64,000 nucleotides of DNA from Okamejei kenojei (Eukaryota). The position numbers were made by a program, and so were the translations under genes. Of this stretch, positions 35,201-47,235 are shown one piece after another; the stretch's first letter is position 1; each line of letters begins with the position of its first letter. The notes beneath the pieces are model-generated. The model was not told the origin of the DNA and did not search any database. It saw only the letters and a program-made list of their open reading frames with translations. The stretch spans positions 35,278,001-35,342,000 of the forward strand of contig CM069150.1 in assembly GCA_035221665.1 (NCBI GenBank), in the 5' to 3' direction.

Positions 35201-36189
35201 ACTTTATAAGGGGATCAGTGGGATTATTAGGTTAGTTGGAGCAGGAATGCTATTTTTTCATGACCTCTTTTTTCAAATCAGTCGTATGGTATCACAATTA
35301 ACATTTTACAAGTTCAAGAGTTTTGTCCATTTCGACTTAGTTGGACTATGAAAAATGGTGTGGGGTCTGCTGGCTGAGAAGATTTACTGAGCCAGGCTGT
35401 TCAAGGGAACTGAATTAACATGAACGGAGATGCAGCCGTTAACCTGGGAGTTCTTTAGCCATCATGTCATTTTAACTACATGTGTTAATTTAATGCTGCC
35501 AGGCTCTGTAATCATATAAATCAGCCCTCCTAACAACAGTTCTGATCATTTCAATATTTTCAATTCAGCATAACGAAATGTTAAAAATAAATAATTTGAA
35601 ATATTTTAATTGTGGATTCATAAAAAGGACATTTTTTGGTAACTTTTTCGCCCCCTCTTTTTGCAACCACCCACATCTCCATCTCTCCCACCCGTGGGGC
35701 TTTGAGCAACACAAGGGCAACAATCACCAATGTAATCGAAAATCTTTTAGAGATACTTGGAAAGATTTTTATCTCACTGCTCCGTGTATCAGAGCCCGGT
35801 GCTTATTATTATCACTTCTGCCTTGACTTTTTTTCTTAACTAGTAATAAATTGTGAGCAGGATTTGATTGCAGGGGGTGGGTGGAGGATTGTCCACATTG
35901 TGCAAATCATCCCCATGCCAGTACTGCAGTTTAATTCACACCACAATTTATTCCTCTCAGCAGCCACATTGTCTCTGGCTCGTGTGACCAATGCAGAACT
36001 GAGAGCATAGCAAGCTCTCTGCAGCCAGTAAGGCATCACATTTGTAATTTGAGGAGAAACAATGACTCGATTTTAATATGATTTAAAAAATCCTAATTAA
36101 TGTGGATCAGAAAATTAGGATAGACCGGTTGAAATAGCATTTTACTGTTGCTGAGAATATTCTTCAAAATTAAGATGCAGCGTAATGAC

Positions 36190-36420
36190 TAATAAATTCA
36201 TAAGTGAATTCAGGAGAAATATCTTAATCTGACGAGTGAATGGAATGTGAAATATGCTGCTGTGAGGTATAATTGAGGCAAAATATCAAAATGCATTTTA
36301 GCGGAAGCTTGTTAAGCGTATCAGAGAGAAAGAAATATAAAGATCTGCTGAAATGGTGTGGGAGGTGGGCTTATTTGGGCAAATGTAGGCCATTTGACTC
36401 GTCTGCTCTGTAGGGTTTAT
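36190..36420 (+). mobile_element. Very old CR1 3' remnant
   Basis: GAATTCAGGAGAAATATCTT..GAGTGAATGGAATGTG...GCATTTTAGCGGAAGCTTG. Confidence 0.4.
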
Positions 36421-36547
36421 GTAACTCAGTGTGATTAATTTGTATTTCATCATATCTTATTATATCTTATGATGAACAATCATGCTTGGCAATCTCAATT
36501 GAGGGGAGAATGTTGCACCAGACCAGAAGACCTGGTGCAGTCCTCAG

Positions 36548-36697
36548 GATAGACACAAAACGTCAGAGTAACTCAGTGGAACAGGCAGCATCTCTGATGC
36601 TGAGAGTAGGAATGGGTGACGTTTCAGATTGAGACCCATCTTCGCTCCATAGATGTTGCCTCACCCGCTGAGTTTCTCCAGCACTTTTGTCTACCTT
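36548..36697. mobile_element. Chimeric inverted pLTR unit (A arm plus B arm)
   Basis: The left arm is subfamily A and the right arm (CTTCGCTCCATAGATGTTGCCTCACCCGCTGAGTTTCTCC) is subfamily B. Flanking repeat CAG(T/A)CCTCAG. Confidence 0.75.
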
Positions 36698-36776
36698 CAG
36701 ACCTCAGAGATGTGCAATGGGATATTTTAAATCCAAAGTTTATTATCTCTGCCCACTTGGTATTTGTTCAGTACTG

Positions 36777-36955
36777 AAAGGGTCCATTCTTGTGTTTTAC
36801 AACCGTATGATGCTATGACATTACGTTATTACATTTTGAGAATGTTCTTCAGGAGCTCATACTAGATGAGCAGATCTTCACATTTTTACTCAAATTTGCC
36901 TGGTGAATTATATCCATTACAACAGCATCAAAAGTCATCATATAGTTTATAGTGC
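36777..36955 (+). repeat. About 180-bp diverged direct repeat, copy 1
   Basis: Aligns to 38412-38599 (GTTATTACATTTTGAGAAT..GGAGCTCATACTAGATGAGCAGATCTTCA..AGCATCAAAAGTCATC..TAGTTTATAGTGC). Confidence 0.9.
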
Positions 36956-37199
36956 GCTAAATGTTAACTAAGATTTTGAGCTCAAACTTGAAGTGGCCTG
37001 AAACCAAAGACCTTTTGACCAGGCATACAAGTGCTACCAATTACGCTAAAGTGACCTTCCAGAAAGATGAAGACTAAAGGTAAATCAAAACTAGTTCCAG
37101 AGTGTGAAGTATCTTATTGTTTTGTTGAAGAGAGTAGATAATGCAGGAGAATTACTTAAGGTAAGATGCAAGTGCAGATGCAAAGAGAGACCTTATGAT

Positions 37200-38452
37200 G
37201 CAAGTTCGTAGTATGCTGGAAATGGTGAAATAGGTGGATAGGGTAATGCTTGCCGTCATAGGCTGAGGCATTGAGCGTAAGAGTTGAGATGTCATGTTAC
37301 AACTGCTCTAGGAGTATTGTGTATAGTTCTGGTTGCCAAGCTACAAGAAGAATGCAGTCGCATCTTTCTAAAGTGCAGAAAACATTCACATAGAAACATA
37401 GAAACATAGAAATTAGGTGCAGGAGCAGGCCATTCGGCCCTTCGAGCCTGCACCGCCATTCAATATGATCATAGCTGATCATCCAACTCAATATCCTGTA
37501 CCTGCCTTCTCTCCATATCCCCTGATCCCTTCAGCCACAAGGACCACATCCAACTCCCTCTTAAATATGGCCAACGAACTGGCCTCAACTACCTTCTGTG
37601 GCAGAGAATTCCAGAGATTCACCACTCTCTGTGTGAAAAATGATTTTCTCATCTTGGTCCTAAAGGACTTCCCCCTTATCCTTAAACTGTGACCCCTTGT
37701 CCTGGACTTCCCCAACATCAGGAACAATCTTCCTGCATCTAGCCTGTCCAACCCCTTAAGAATTTTGTAAGTCTCTATGAGATCACCCCTCAATCTTCTA
37801 AATTCCAGCGAGTACAAGCCGAGTCTATCCAGTCTTTCTTCATATGGAAGTCGTGCCATCCCAGGAATCAGTCTGGTGAACCTTCTCTGTACTCCCTCTA
37901 TGGCAAGAATGTCTTTCCTCAGATTAGGAGACCAAAACTGTACGCAATACTCCAGGTGTGGTCTCACCAAGACCCTGTACAACTGCAGTAGAACCTCCCT
38001 GCTCTTGTACTCAAATCCTTCACCGGGATGTTACTTGAATGGGGGGGCTTTAGTTACAGGAGAGATTAGATAGGCTGGCTTTATTCCCACAGGAACATTG
38101 GAAGCTGATCTTATTGATATTTATAAGATTGTGAGGGCATAGATAGGGTAGATGGTCAGAATTTTTTTCCCCAAGTAAGCGTGGCTAAGACTAGAGGGCA
38201 TAGTTTTAAGGTGAGAGGTGAGAAACCTAAAGGAGATCTGATCGGATAGTTTTTCACACAGAAGGTGATGATTGTAAAGAGATGCCAGTGGAGGTTAAGA
38301 AGTAGATACGATTGAAGCTTTTAAGAGGAATGGATAGGAAGGAAATAGTGGGATACGGGCCTAATGCTGGTAAATGGAATTAGCTTAGATAGCAGCATGG
38401 ACATTGAACTAAAAGGGCCCATTTTTGTGTTTTACAGCTATATGATGCTTGA
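37200..38452 (+). mobile_element. Old CR1 LINE split by a younger CR1
   Basis: GAGTATTGTGTATAGTTCTGG...GTGCAGAAAACATTCAC resumes at TTCACCGGGATG (38019) and runs to its tail near 38450. Confidence 0.65.
37390..38018 (-). mobile_element. Young CR1 LINE 3' fragment
   Basis: Uninterrupted 164-aa ORF YRVLVRPHLEYCVQFWSP...FFTQRVVNLWNSLP...IRGYG and a (TTTCTATG)n tail. TTCAC is duplicated at both ends. Confidence 0.95.
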
Positions 38453-38599
38453 CTTTGTTATTACATTTTGAGAATATTCTTCGGGAGCTCATACTAGATG
38501 AGCAGATCTTCAAACTTTTACTCAAATTTCCCTCCTTACCTTGAGGTGAATTTCATCCATTAATACAAGCATCAAAAGTCATCGTATAGTTTATAGTGC
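38412..38599 (+). repeat. About 180-bp diverged direct repeat, copy 2
   Basis: Aligns to 36777-36955. Confidence 0.9.
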
Positions 38600-38759
38600 A
38601 CTTTGCACTTCTCTATTTTAATGAAATACTTTTATTAATTGCAAGCCTTTCTTTAATCCTTCACCAGCTGCTTGTTTGGCAGTTGTAGTCAGACCTGAGG
38701 TAAGTAAGAGGACAACATTTCTGCTGTTGGAGACACAGCCAAGTAACAGCTTCTTCTTG

Positions 38760-38870
38760 GAGACTGGAGATGCTGGGATCTTGAGCAAAAAAACAAATGG
38801 CGAGAGGAACTGAGCAGGTCAGGCAGCATACCTGTGGGGTTTGAGGCCGTAACACTTGCTTAGATTTCAT
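38760..38870 (-). mobile_element. Old Penelope-like pLTR remnant
   Basis: GAGATGCTGGGATCTTGAGCAAAA...GGAACTGAGCAGGTCAGGCAGCAT. Confidence 0.55.
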
Positions 38871-39473
38871 AATTGACCCCAATGCACTGGTGAAGACTGG
38901 CTACTCCGATTACTATTGTTGCAAGATACCAGCTTCCACGACCACTAATAGTGATGGTAGGAGGCCAGACTCTCATAAAGGTCCATGGAGAAGCCCACCG
39001 TAGGAGAGTGATAGAAAATCACTTTTTTGAGTATGCTAACACTATGTAATTAATGTTTTTTTGCCCAAAGAATTATGTGAATTTCCAAGAATTAAAAAGT
39101 AATAATTGTCATGTCATTATTAACCTTTTACAAATTTCACTCCACATTTCAATGATGATTAAGACCCTATGATGAGGTTACAACAAATCAGTTGATACAG
39201 AACTGAACAAGGCTTTTGAGATTAATATTGTTGAAATGCCTGATGTTGGAAATTTTGAAACAATACTTTAATAAGATAGTTACCGATGAAGGGGCATTGA
39301 TCGAAACATTATTATTTCACTCAATTTTTGTTTTGATGTTTTAAGGAGCATTATCATTGCGTTATCTTAAGCTGTCTAGATTTCAAGGTAAACCAAAAAT
39401 GGTCCTGTGTAAAATGCAACACCGCATCAGTGAGGTCATTTTAAGCCTTGCTATCTGGGCAGTAATGTTTGGG

Positions 39474-39545
39474 TAACTCAGCGGTTTCTAGTGAAAGTAT
39501 CTTTCTTCGGTGTAGACCAGCATCTGTAGTTCCTTCCTACATAGA
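39474..39545. mobile_element. Tiny pLTR-derived insertion with TSD
   Basis: TAACTCAGCGG...CTTCGGTGTAGACCAGCATCTGTAGTTCCTTCCTACA flanked by AATGTTTGGG (39464-39473, 39546-39555). Confidence 0.65.
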
Positions 39546-41924
39546 AATGTTTGGGAACAGATTGTCCATCCTTTATTAATCTTGTCTCATTTTAAATGAT
39601 GGGTAAGATTTAAGCAACTTCTATAAAAGCTGGCACATACTGGCGTACAACCCACCCATACAGCAAAACAGAAGTGCATGTACAATGTTGTGCATGGGGC
39701 CAGACTAAAGTTATAAGAAGAGGGTATAACCACTGACGTATTGAAATCCTATCCCATATGATTCTAACCTTTGCCTATCTCAGCTTTAAAGTCTGGTGAA
39801 TGTCATACTTGACTGGTTTGAAGTGGCTCTTTTAACAATATTCATCATCGCTCTATAGGTTCCCTTTAAGATGAATCCTGCTTTTAGTTTAGATAAGCAA
39901 ACAATGTTGAAGCTCAGCCCATTTGGCTTTATTCTACTGCCAGTCCCTCTTACATACAGATACTGGTTATTTTGTAACAGAAGCAACAACTGAACAAACC
40001 CAGAATTAAGTGACATCGGCACATCACTTGGAGGCTGAGCAGCTGAGGGGGAGAATGGGGGGCAGTGACAAAAGTGAATCTGCACCCTGGATCCTGCCGG
40101 TTCCGTGAGAAAAGATGCCAGATTTCACGCCAGACGCAGCTTGAATGAGTAGTTCTCAGCTGCCTCTTAGTGGCTGTCTATGGCGAAACATGACAGGGAT
40201 AAGAACCGTTTGGATAATGTAACAGAGTACAAAAATTATTGTTTGACAGCTGGAAAAGGAGATAAACGATAGCGTCGGTGGAAGCACTAATATGTGATTT
40301 ATGAACTATAATTTAATTAGCATGGATATTTTAGTTTGACTGTTATTGAGTCTCTTGCTTTAAGAGTTGCATTTGTCAATCAAGATCGGCATAACTGTTT
40401 TGAGCTTATGTTAATAAATAGGCTGTTTTTGCATGAAATGCTGTAATATTTAGAAATTACTGTGATCCCTAAGAAAGAAAGGAAAAATATAGAAATTCCT
40501 GATAAGGTTGGTAAAATCAAGAGTCTCACAGTATCTATTATTAGTCAATGGCCTGGCTGAAATACTTAGTGGAGGTATTATTTGAACAGCGATCACATAA
40601 TGATGCCTTCAACTTCCACGTGAATATGTTTCAGGGAAAAGGATGATCTTGTTTGCGACAAGTGCCAGCACTAAAAGTTATAGCAGACGTTTGCCATTTA
40701 TGACAACCACTGGAAATCTAGCAGCCATGTTTCTGAATTTATTCTATTTCCTCTACCCTATTCTTGATTTAGTGCATAGTTTTCCTATTAAAATGATTTG
40801 TTAGCGATGCAGGTTAGACAGCCGGTAGACTGGTTTATCAGGTTTCTCTCTCCAATATATCCCTCCAACAGCCAGAGCATTGCGGCTGTATTGTTGCACA
40901 AAAATTACCAGCGATTATTTGCTGCCATCCCGTGACACACGGATTTTATTGTCCCTTCCGCCGTTGACTGGATCACTCAGGGGCAACAGAGCCGGAGGAA
41001 ATTAATCTCTGCTTTGTAAGCAGAAACAAAAACAATGCATGTCATAGTGAGAAAATTTTGATCCACTGTATTTCAAAAACTTAAGTTTTATTTTTTGAAC
41101 CGTAAATAGAGGGAGAAATGGCACACACATCAGTTTGTTAGCATTATTCCATCACAACATTACAATTATGGGCAAATAGACAATTATTGCATTGGTATGA
41201 ACACAGTCATCTACTTATTTGAGAGATAAGTGTTGAGGAATTCCATTTTTGTTTGCTGTTTCAAATCTGTTTGAACAATATGGGCTTTGCAAATTGAGCA
41301 GATCATTTTCCCAAATGGAAGGTAACACAGACTGTGGCAAGGTATTCAAAGTGAGCACATTCTAAGTGTTAGCGATAGATTTGCAACGTTTTATCACACA
41401 AGAGCTTTGTATATCATTGCACAATCACCTGCCTTGAACAGGTACATTGTAAACACCTAGTATACTACATCATTATTCAATCACCTACAGGTACATTGTA
41501 GTCACTGTAAATTTTCTACAGGTCATTTAGTGACAACAATGTGCACCGTGATAGCGAGTGTAAAAATCTAGGTATCCAGTCTCGGCTGAGTTAGCAGATA
41601 TCACCCGGTCGGTAGAAAACAGAGGTGCTGCAAATAGCTTTCAAATCCCTCAGGTGCCAGATGGAACGAAGCAGCCTGCGATCCAGAAGCAGACTGCTGT
41701 GCACTGAGCTGTGCTGGAAGACGCACCTATCTGGAGTTCAGATAATAGCTGAATTGTTCAGTTATAACATCCCATTCCATTTCAGTCATTGCCAAAATAT
41801 CGATAGGATTCTGAAGGCATCTTATATAACTTACGTATCATTTTTTATGTTCTGTGCATTGTGTGAGTTTACAGCAAGTTCGGTTTTGGTCATCCTGCTA
41901 TGGGAAGAATGAGAGAAGATGTAC

Positions 41925-42382
41925 GAGGATGTTGCCAGGATGTTCTGTGCTCCAAGAAATACAGGCCTAGAAATACAGGCTTGGGCTATATTTCTTGGAA
42001 CGCAAGAAGCCTGAGAGGTGATCTTAGAGAGGTGTCTAAAACCATGAGGGGAATAGACAGGGTAAATGCACACTTATACCCAGAGAAGGGGAATCAAGAA
42101 CCAGAGGACGTAGGTTTAAGGTGAGAGGGAAAAGACTTAATAGGAACCTGAGTGGCAACTTTTTCACACAGAGGATGGTGGGCATAAGGAACGAGCTGCC
42201 AGACGAGGTAGTTGAGGCAGGGACTATTACAACATTTAAAAGACATTTGAACAGGTACATGGATAGGAAATGTTTGGAGCTAAATGGTTAGCGGGCAGGT
42301 GGAACTAGCGGAGATGGGGGCATCTTGGTCGGCATGGACTAGTTGGGCCGAAGGGCCTTTTCCATGTTGTTTTACTCTATGC
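41925..42382 (+). mobile_element. CR1/HER1-like LINE 3' fragment
   Basis: LGYISWNARSLRGDLREVSKTMRGIDRV, with tail GGGCCGAAGGGCC. Confidence 0.85.
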
Positions 42383-42619
42383 CTGTGATACTGCTGCAAG
42401 TTGGCTTTTCTTTGTACCTGCACCTCACCGTACATGTTCATAAAACAATAGACACGATTTGACTTGACTCTCATCATGAACCTGTTACCCAAATGCAATG
42501 CCTGTTGTTTTGCAGAAAAAAAGGGCAAGTTAAACTATTCATTTTTAACTTTGTAAACATTTCGGTCACTTTGTGATGCCTTGTGTTGCTTGACAGAGAG
42601 ATAGAGATCGAGAGAGTTA

Positions 42620-42768
42620 TATTTAGCTCTTAGGGCTAACGGAATCAAGGGATATGGGGAAAAAGCAGGAATGAGGTACTGATTTTCGATGATCAGCCAT
42701 GATCATATTGATTGGTGATGCTGGGTCGAAGGGCCGAATGGCCTACTCCTGTACCTATTCCTTGTTTC
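42620..42768 (+). mobile_element. CR1 3' end
   Basis: GGAATCAAGGGATATGGGG...GATCAGCCATGATC...GAAGGGCCGAATGGCCTACTCCTG. Confidence 0.85.
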
Positions 42769-43019
42769 GACAGAGAACTGGTCATGATGGGACGCGGACC
42801 AAAGTTGGAAAGGTAAACCATTAGTTCATCAGAGCTGGAAGAGTGAGAGATAAAATATAGCTAAGTTAAAAACAGGGAAGTGGATTAGAGAACTGAGTGC
42901 AGGCAAGATCTTCAAGGCAAAAAACGACTTTAAGAACTGTCCAAGCGGCATTGGTGCGGAAATAAAAGAAAACAGAGTGATTATATCCAGCTTCAACATA
43001 ACCGGATGGAAGATGAATA

Positions 43020-43195
43020 CTGGATGGTTTCAAGAGAAAGTTAGATTTAGCTCTTAGGGCTAAAGGAATCAAGGGATATGGGGAAAAAGCAGGAACGGGG
43101 TACTGATTTTAGATGATCAGCCATGATCATATTGAATGGCGGTGCAGGCTCAAAGGGCTGAATGGCCTACTCCTGCACCTAGTTTATATGTTTAT
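43020..43195 (+). mobile_element. CR1 3' end
   Basis: Same subfamily as 42620-42768. Confidence 0.85.
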
Positions 43196-43432
43196 ATGAT
43201 AAGAAATTGCCCAGAATCCCTAAAGATCGTCTAAGAAGGGTGCTGGATCCTGCTACAAAATGAAAAGTAAACATTATGGATTTTATTGTAATTATGGAGC
43301 AATCTTGCAATACTATTAGAAATTGTTTTTCAGGTGTCAAAACTCTGTCCTTGAGAAGGAAAAGCACTTTAAGTGGAGTCTCACTGTATTAAGATTGCCA
43401 GAAAGTTACATAACAAAACAAAAGATTGTTGG

Positions 43433-43523
43433 AGATAGACACAAAAAGCTAGAGTAACTCAGCAGGACAGGCAGCATCTCTGGAGAGAAGGAATGGGTGA
43501 CGTTTCGGGTCGAGAGCCTTCAG
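43433..43523 (-). mobile_element. Penelope-like pLTR fragment
   Basis: GATAGACACAAAAAGCTAGAGTAACTCAGC...GGGTGACGTTTCGGGTCGAGA. Confidence 0.85.
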
Positions 43524-43654
43524 TTTGTTGTTGTGGTTTTAGTCTAGAAGAAGCAACAAAACTCAAAAGGTTGAAGGATATTTTTATTTGTGGCTCGAGG
43601 TGTTACGGCATTTGGTGAAGTCCAGCCAACCTGCTTAGGAACATCCTAGACCGA

Positions 43655-43905
43655 GATAGTGTGGAGAAGATATTTACAGTAGTGAAGGAGTCCAAGACCA
43701 GAGGGCACAGCCTCAGAATAAAAGGCCATGCCTGTAGAATGGAGATGAGGAGGAATTTCTTCAGTCAGAGGGTGGTGCATCTATGGAATTCATTGCCACA
43801 GATGGCAGTGGAGGCCAAGTCATTGGGTATTTTTAAAGCAGAGATTGATAGGTTCTTGATTAGTAAGGGCGTCAAAGGTTATGGGGAGAAGGCAGGACAA
43901 TGGTG
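43655..43905 (+). mobile_element. CR1 fragment
   Basis: ESKTRGHSLRIKG..MEMRRNFFSQRVVHLWNSLP..FKAEIDRFLISKGVKGYG. Confidence 0.9.
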
Positions 43906-43944
43906 AAAAGACAGCCCTGAACCCTGTCAGTGTATTTGAAGTCA

Positions 43945-44110
43945 GTTTTAGAGTCATAGTCATACAGTGTGGAAACAGGCCCTTCGGCCCAACTTGCCCA
44001 CACCAACCATCGTGTCCCATGTACACAAGTCCAACCTGCCTGTGTATGGTCCATATCCCTCTAAATCTGTCCTATCCATGTACCTGTCAAATTGTCTCTT
44101 AAACGTTGCC
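43945..44110 (-). mobile_element. CR1/HER1-like 3' end
   Basis: Reverse of GGGCCGAAGGGCCTGTTTCCACACTGTATGACTATGACTCT. Confidence 0.8.
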
Positions 44111-46959
44111 TCAATTCATGTCACTTAAAAATTCCTCGTGAACCTCAGACCCAGGTCAAGGTAACACTCCCGAGAGGTAGGAAAATCACCTGCTGCTCTG
44201 CTATTTGCAGAATCTGCAGAGGAGGAGTTTGTTTTGTCAAACTGATCTCAGACCTAAAATAAAGAACTTTGTTTTTTTTGTTTAATTACTTGTGTCTAGA
44301 GAGTTAGGGATAAAGCAAGTCGAAATGCAGTAATAACGTGCTTCTTTTTCTTCTCCTCCAGGGCAGAGATAAACAATGATCACAATCTGCAGTCCAGCAT
44401 CCTTGTCCAGGCCCTCCCCTGCATTTACTTCAGCTGCAACGTTGAACTCCAGTTGCTCTGACCACAAAGAGCACTCAACTACTGCAATTACTCTTCATTC
44501 TCACTAACAATTTGGTAATGAAGTATTGATTTTCCAGCTCGATTCCTATGGATGTTATTAGATTTTCATTGATAAACTGTGCTCGGGCTCTCGACTCCCT
44601 CCTGCTGCTCTGCGGCACATGTAACAAAGTGTTCTTTAGGGGATAATGGCTGGGAACATTGATGTGTTTATTTCGTCAATTGGTTACTCCTGATGGCCAA
44701 AAAAGGTACGATTTTTCAAACTTTAAGCCCAAGTTTAATGTAAAGATACAATCACATTGGACACTAATGTCTTTCCTGCTGATGCTGACATTGAATTATG
44801 GCTGAATTGCCAGTGTGCCCCACAGCCCTCTCTTTATGAGGGAAGCAGTTTTGTAGCCAGTACAGTTGTCAATGTTGCACCTGAGCTTCCCACTGCAGTC
44901 TTAACAGCACAAGGGATCAATCTGTCTAACTAAGAAGAAAAAGACTGATGAAGCTGTGAACAAGATCCAGCCAGAGAAAAAAAAGTGTGTACGCTGTTTA
45001 TCATCAACTGCAACAGTTCACAGGATCAGCTTCGTAGTGGCTAGGAACAACACAAGACATTTTTGCTACCGGGAAGATCAGTCTGCTGCTGTCCTTGTTT
45101 AAAAAATAGCCTTCACTGACATCCTACATCACACCAAGTATGAACCTACAGCTGAAGGAGAGAGAGAAAAATGATCACAAGGGAGCGGACAACTGCAGTT
45201 CAATCCTGATAACTTCTTGTTTCTACAGTGTGAGCTTCAATGGTAGAGATTGGAGACAATGGGAAATGCATCTCCGTTTATCCCTGATAAAGTCGCAAGA
45301 GACAAAGTCGCAAATGAATGGTGTTGCAGCTAGGAGTTAAATAAATACCACAGGCGCACACATCAGGTATTCAGTTTATTAAGCACTGCTGGACAAACAT
45401 ATCAGCTTTATTAATGTAATTTTTATTTTTAGAGAGTTCACCAATTTTTTTTTTATGAAGCCAATCAATTATTATAGAAATCATTGTTAACCCACTGTGG
45501 TAACACAACTCCCCAAGTTACAATTCAATTGGTATAGAGGATGTGCATCCAGTTTATAGTAAAACATGGACAATGGTCTGACTTCATAAACACAGGTCTC
45601 CTCATCTTGTGAGTTCTGTCGAGAAAAAGGAAACACTTTCTCATGCTTCAATGCATGCAGGCATATATTCCATTTGCACCACATTTTACTATTAACGATA
45701 ACTTTAAATGTAGCTTTTTTCCAGTTTTATCTGGTATTGCTACATACTATGGTATGATCTCAAGTTGAAGGAATATACAGGCTGTACAAATAATGTCAAA
45801 AAATCTTTATGTACCTCAGTGCATTCTTCATTTATTTTCACTGATGGTCTAAGGATTAATTTAAGCCACAGGCCAAGAGGGGCAGATCAAGAGTACGGAG
45901 ATTGCTTTCCTATCCTAGTGACTTAAAAATGCATTTGCTAGTCTTTATCTAAATTCTACCTGCAAAACAAAATTGTTCTGTGGCTACAATGTCCTATTGG
46001 ATGTGATTTCAAGCACCAGTTGGTCAAAATGCTCACAAATTTTGCAATTGCAAATCCAAGGTTTGCATAGCCCGCAGAGAAACTCTTTTAAATCGGTTCT
46101 CTCACAACGTTTAGACTTTCAGTAAATAAGCAACAAATATATTGTAAGTTTCTCATTGCTAAAGTTTCCCTTACCCATCAAACCTTTTATCTGAAAATAT
46201 GTACGAGGCTATCAATATTATCATGTTCTCACTGTGGTCCAGGCCCAAAATCCTGCTCTGGATATTTTCAGCCTCAAAGCTGTGAGTGGATTGGTGACCT
46301 CTCATAGAAACTATCAAATAATGAAAATTGTGTGGTTTCTGCAATAGAGGGTAATCCACAGAGCCTCGGCTGAAAACTGAAAATTCGATTCCTGCAACTT
46401 CCTGGGATTGAAAAGACCATGTATGTTAATTTAAGCCATGTCCATGTAATTTAATCCTTGAGTAATCCCAGGACATTTTATGCCTGGTGTCAATACCGTG
46501 CATGTTATTTTTCTTCATGTGCAGTTTTCAATATCAATGTAATCACAGCATTTTATTTTATTTTGCAAGAATTGCTGCTCTCTGAATGTAGCCTCAAAGA
46601 TTTCACCTAGAGGAGAGTTCTTTGGTCAAGATGAGGTTTTTCAGTCTAGATTTTCAGGCAGAAGAACCCCCTGACTATATAAGAGGGCAGAAAGAAAATC
46701 TCCTTCTCACAATCATTTGGTCCGTGTTTCCTGCTGAAGTTTATAACCCACACCATTACATCTATTCAAACCCCATTCATATGAGGATCAAGGTCCCAGG
46801 TAATGACCACTTTTTTGCACTGGTGGTCTCTGCTCTAATTAATCAGGAGCAACACTGCAACATATTAAGATGTCACGCTATGTTTCAATATATTACATTG
46901 AATACTTCATCACCAGCTAATTTCACCACATTGTTCTACGATCATATTACCAGTCTTAA

Positions 46960-47235
46960 CGTTCTTTTAGGAAGGAGATGAGGAGAAATTTCTTGTCAGA
47001 GGATAGTGAATCTGTGTGATTTTTTTTGCCACAGAAGGCTGTGGAGACCAAGTCAGTGGATATTTTCAAAGCAGAGATAGATGCATTTTTGATTAGTCTG
47101 GGTGCCAGGGGTTATGGGGAGAAGGCAGGAGAATGGGGTTAGGAGGTAGAGATAGATCAGCCATGATTGAATGGTGGGGTAGACTTGATGGTCCAAATGG
47201 CCTAATTCTACTCCTATCACTTATGACATGAACAT
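46960..47235 (+). mobile_element. CR1 3' end
   Basis: TTTAGGAAGGAGATGAGGAGAAATTTC...GATCAGCCATGATTGAATGG...CCTATCACTTATGAC. Confidence 0.85.

Noticed and set aside
41420-41530. Short direct repeats (CAATCACCT, ACAGGTACATTGTA) resembling a repeat-spacer array
   Set aside because: Only 2-3 irregular copies in eukaryotic DNA, consistent with local slippage duplication rather than CRISPR.
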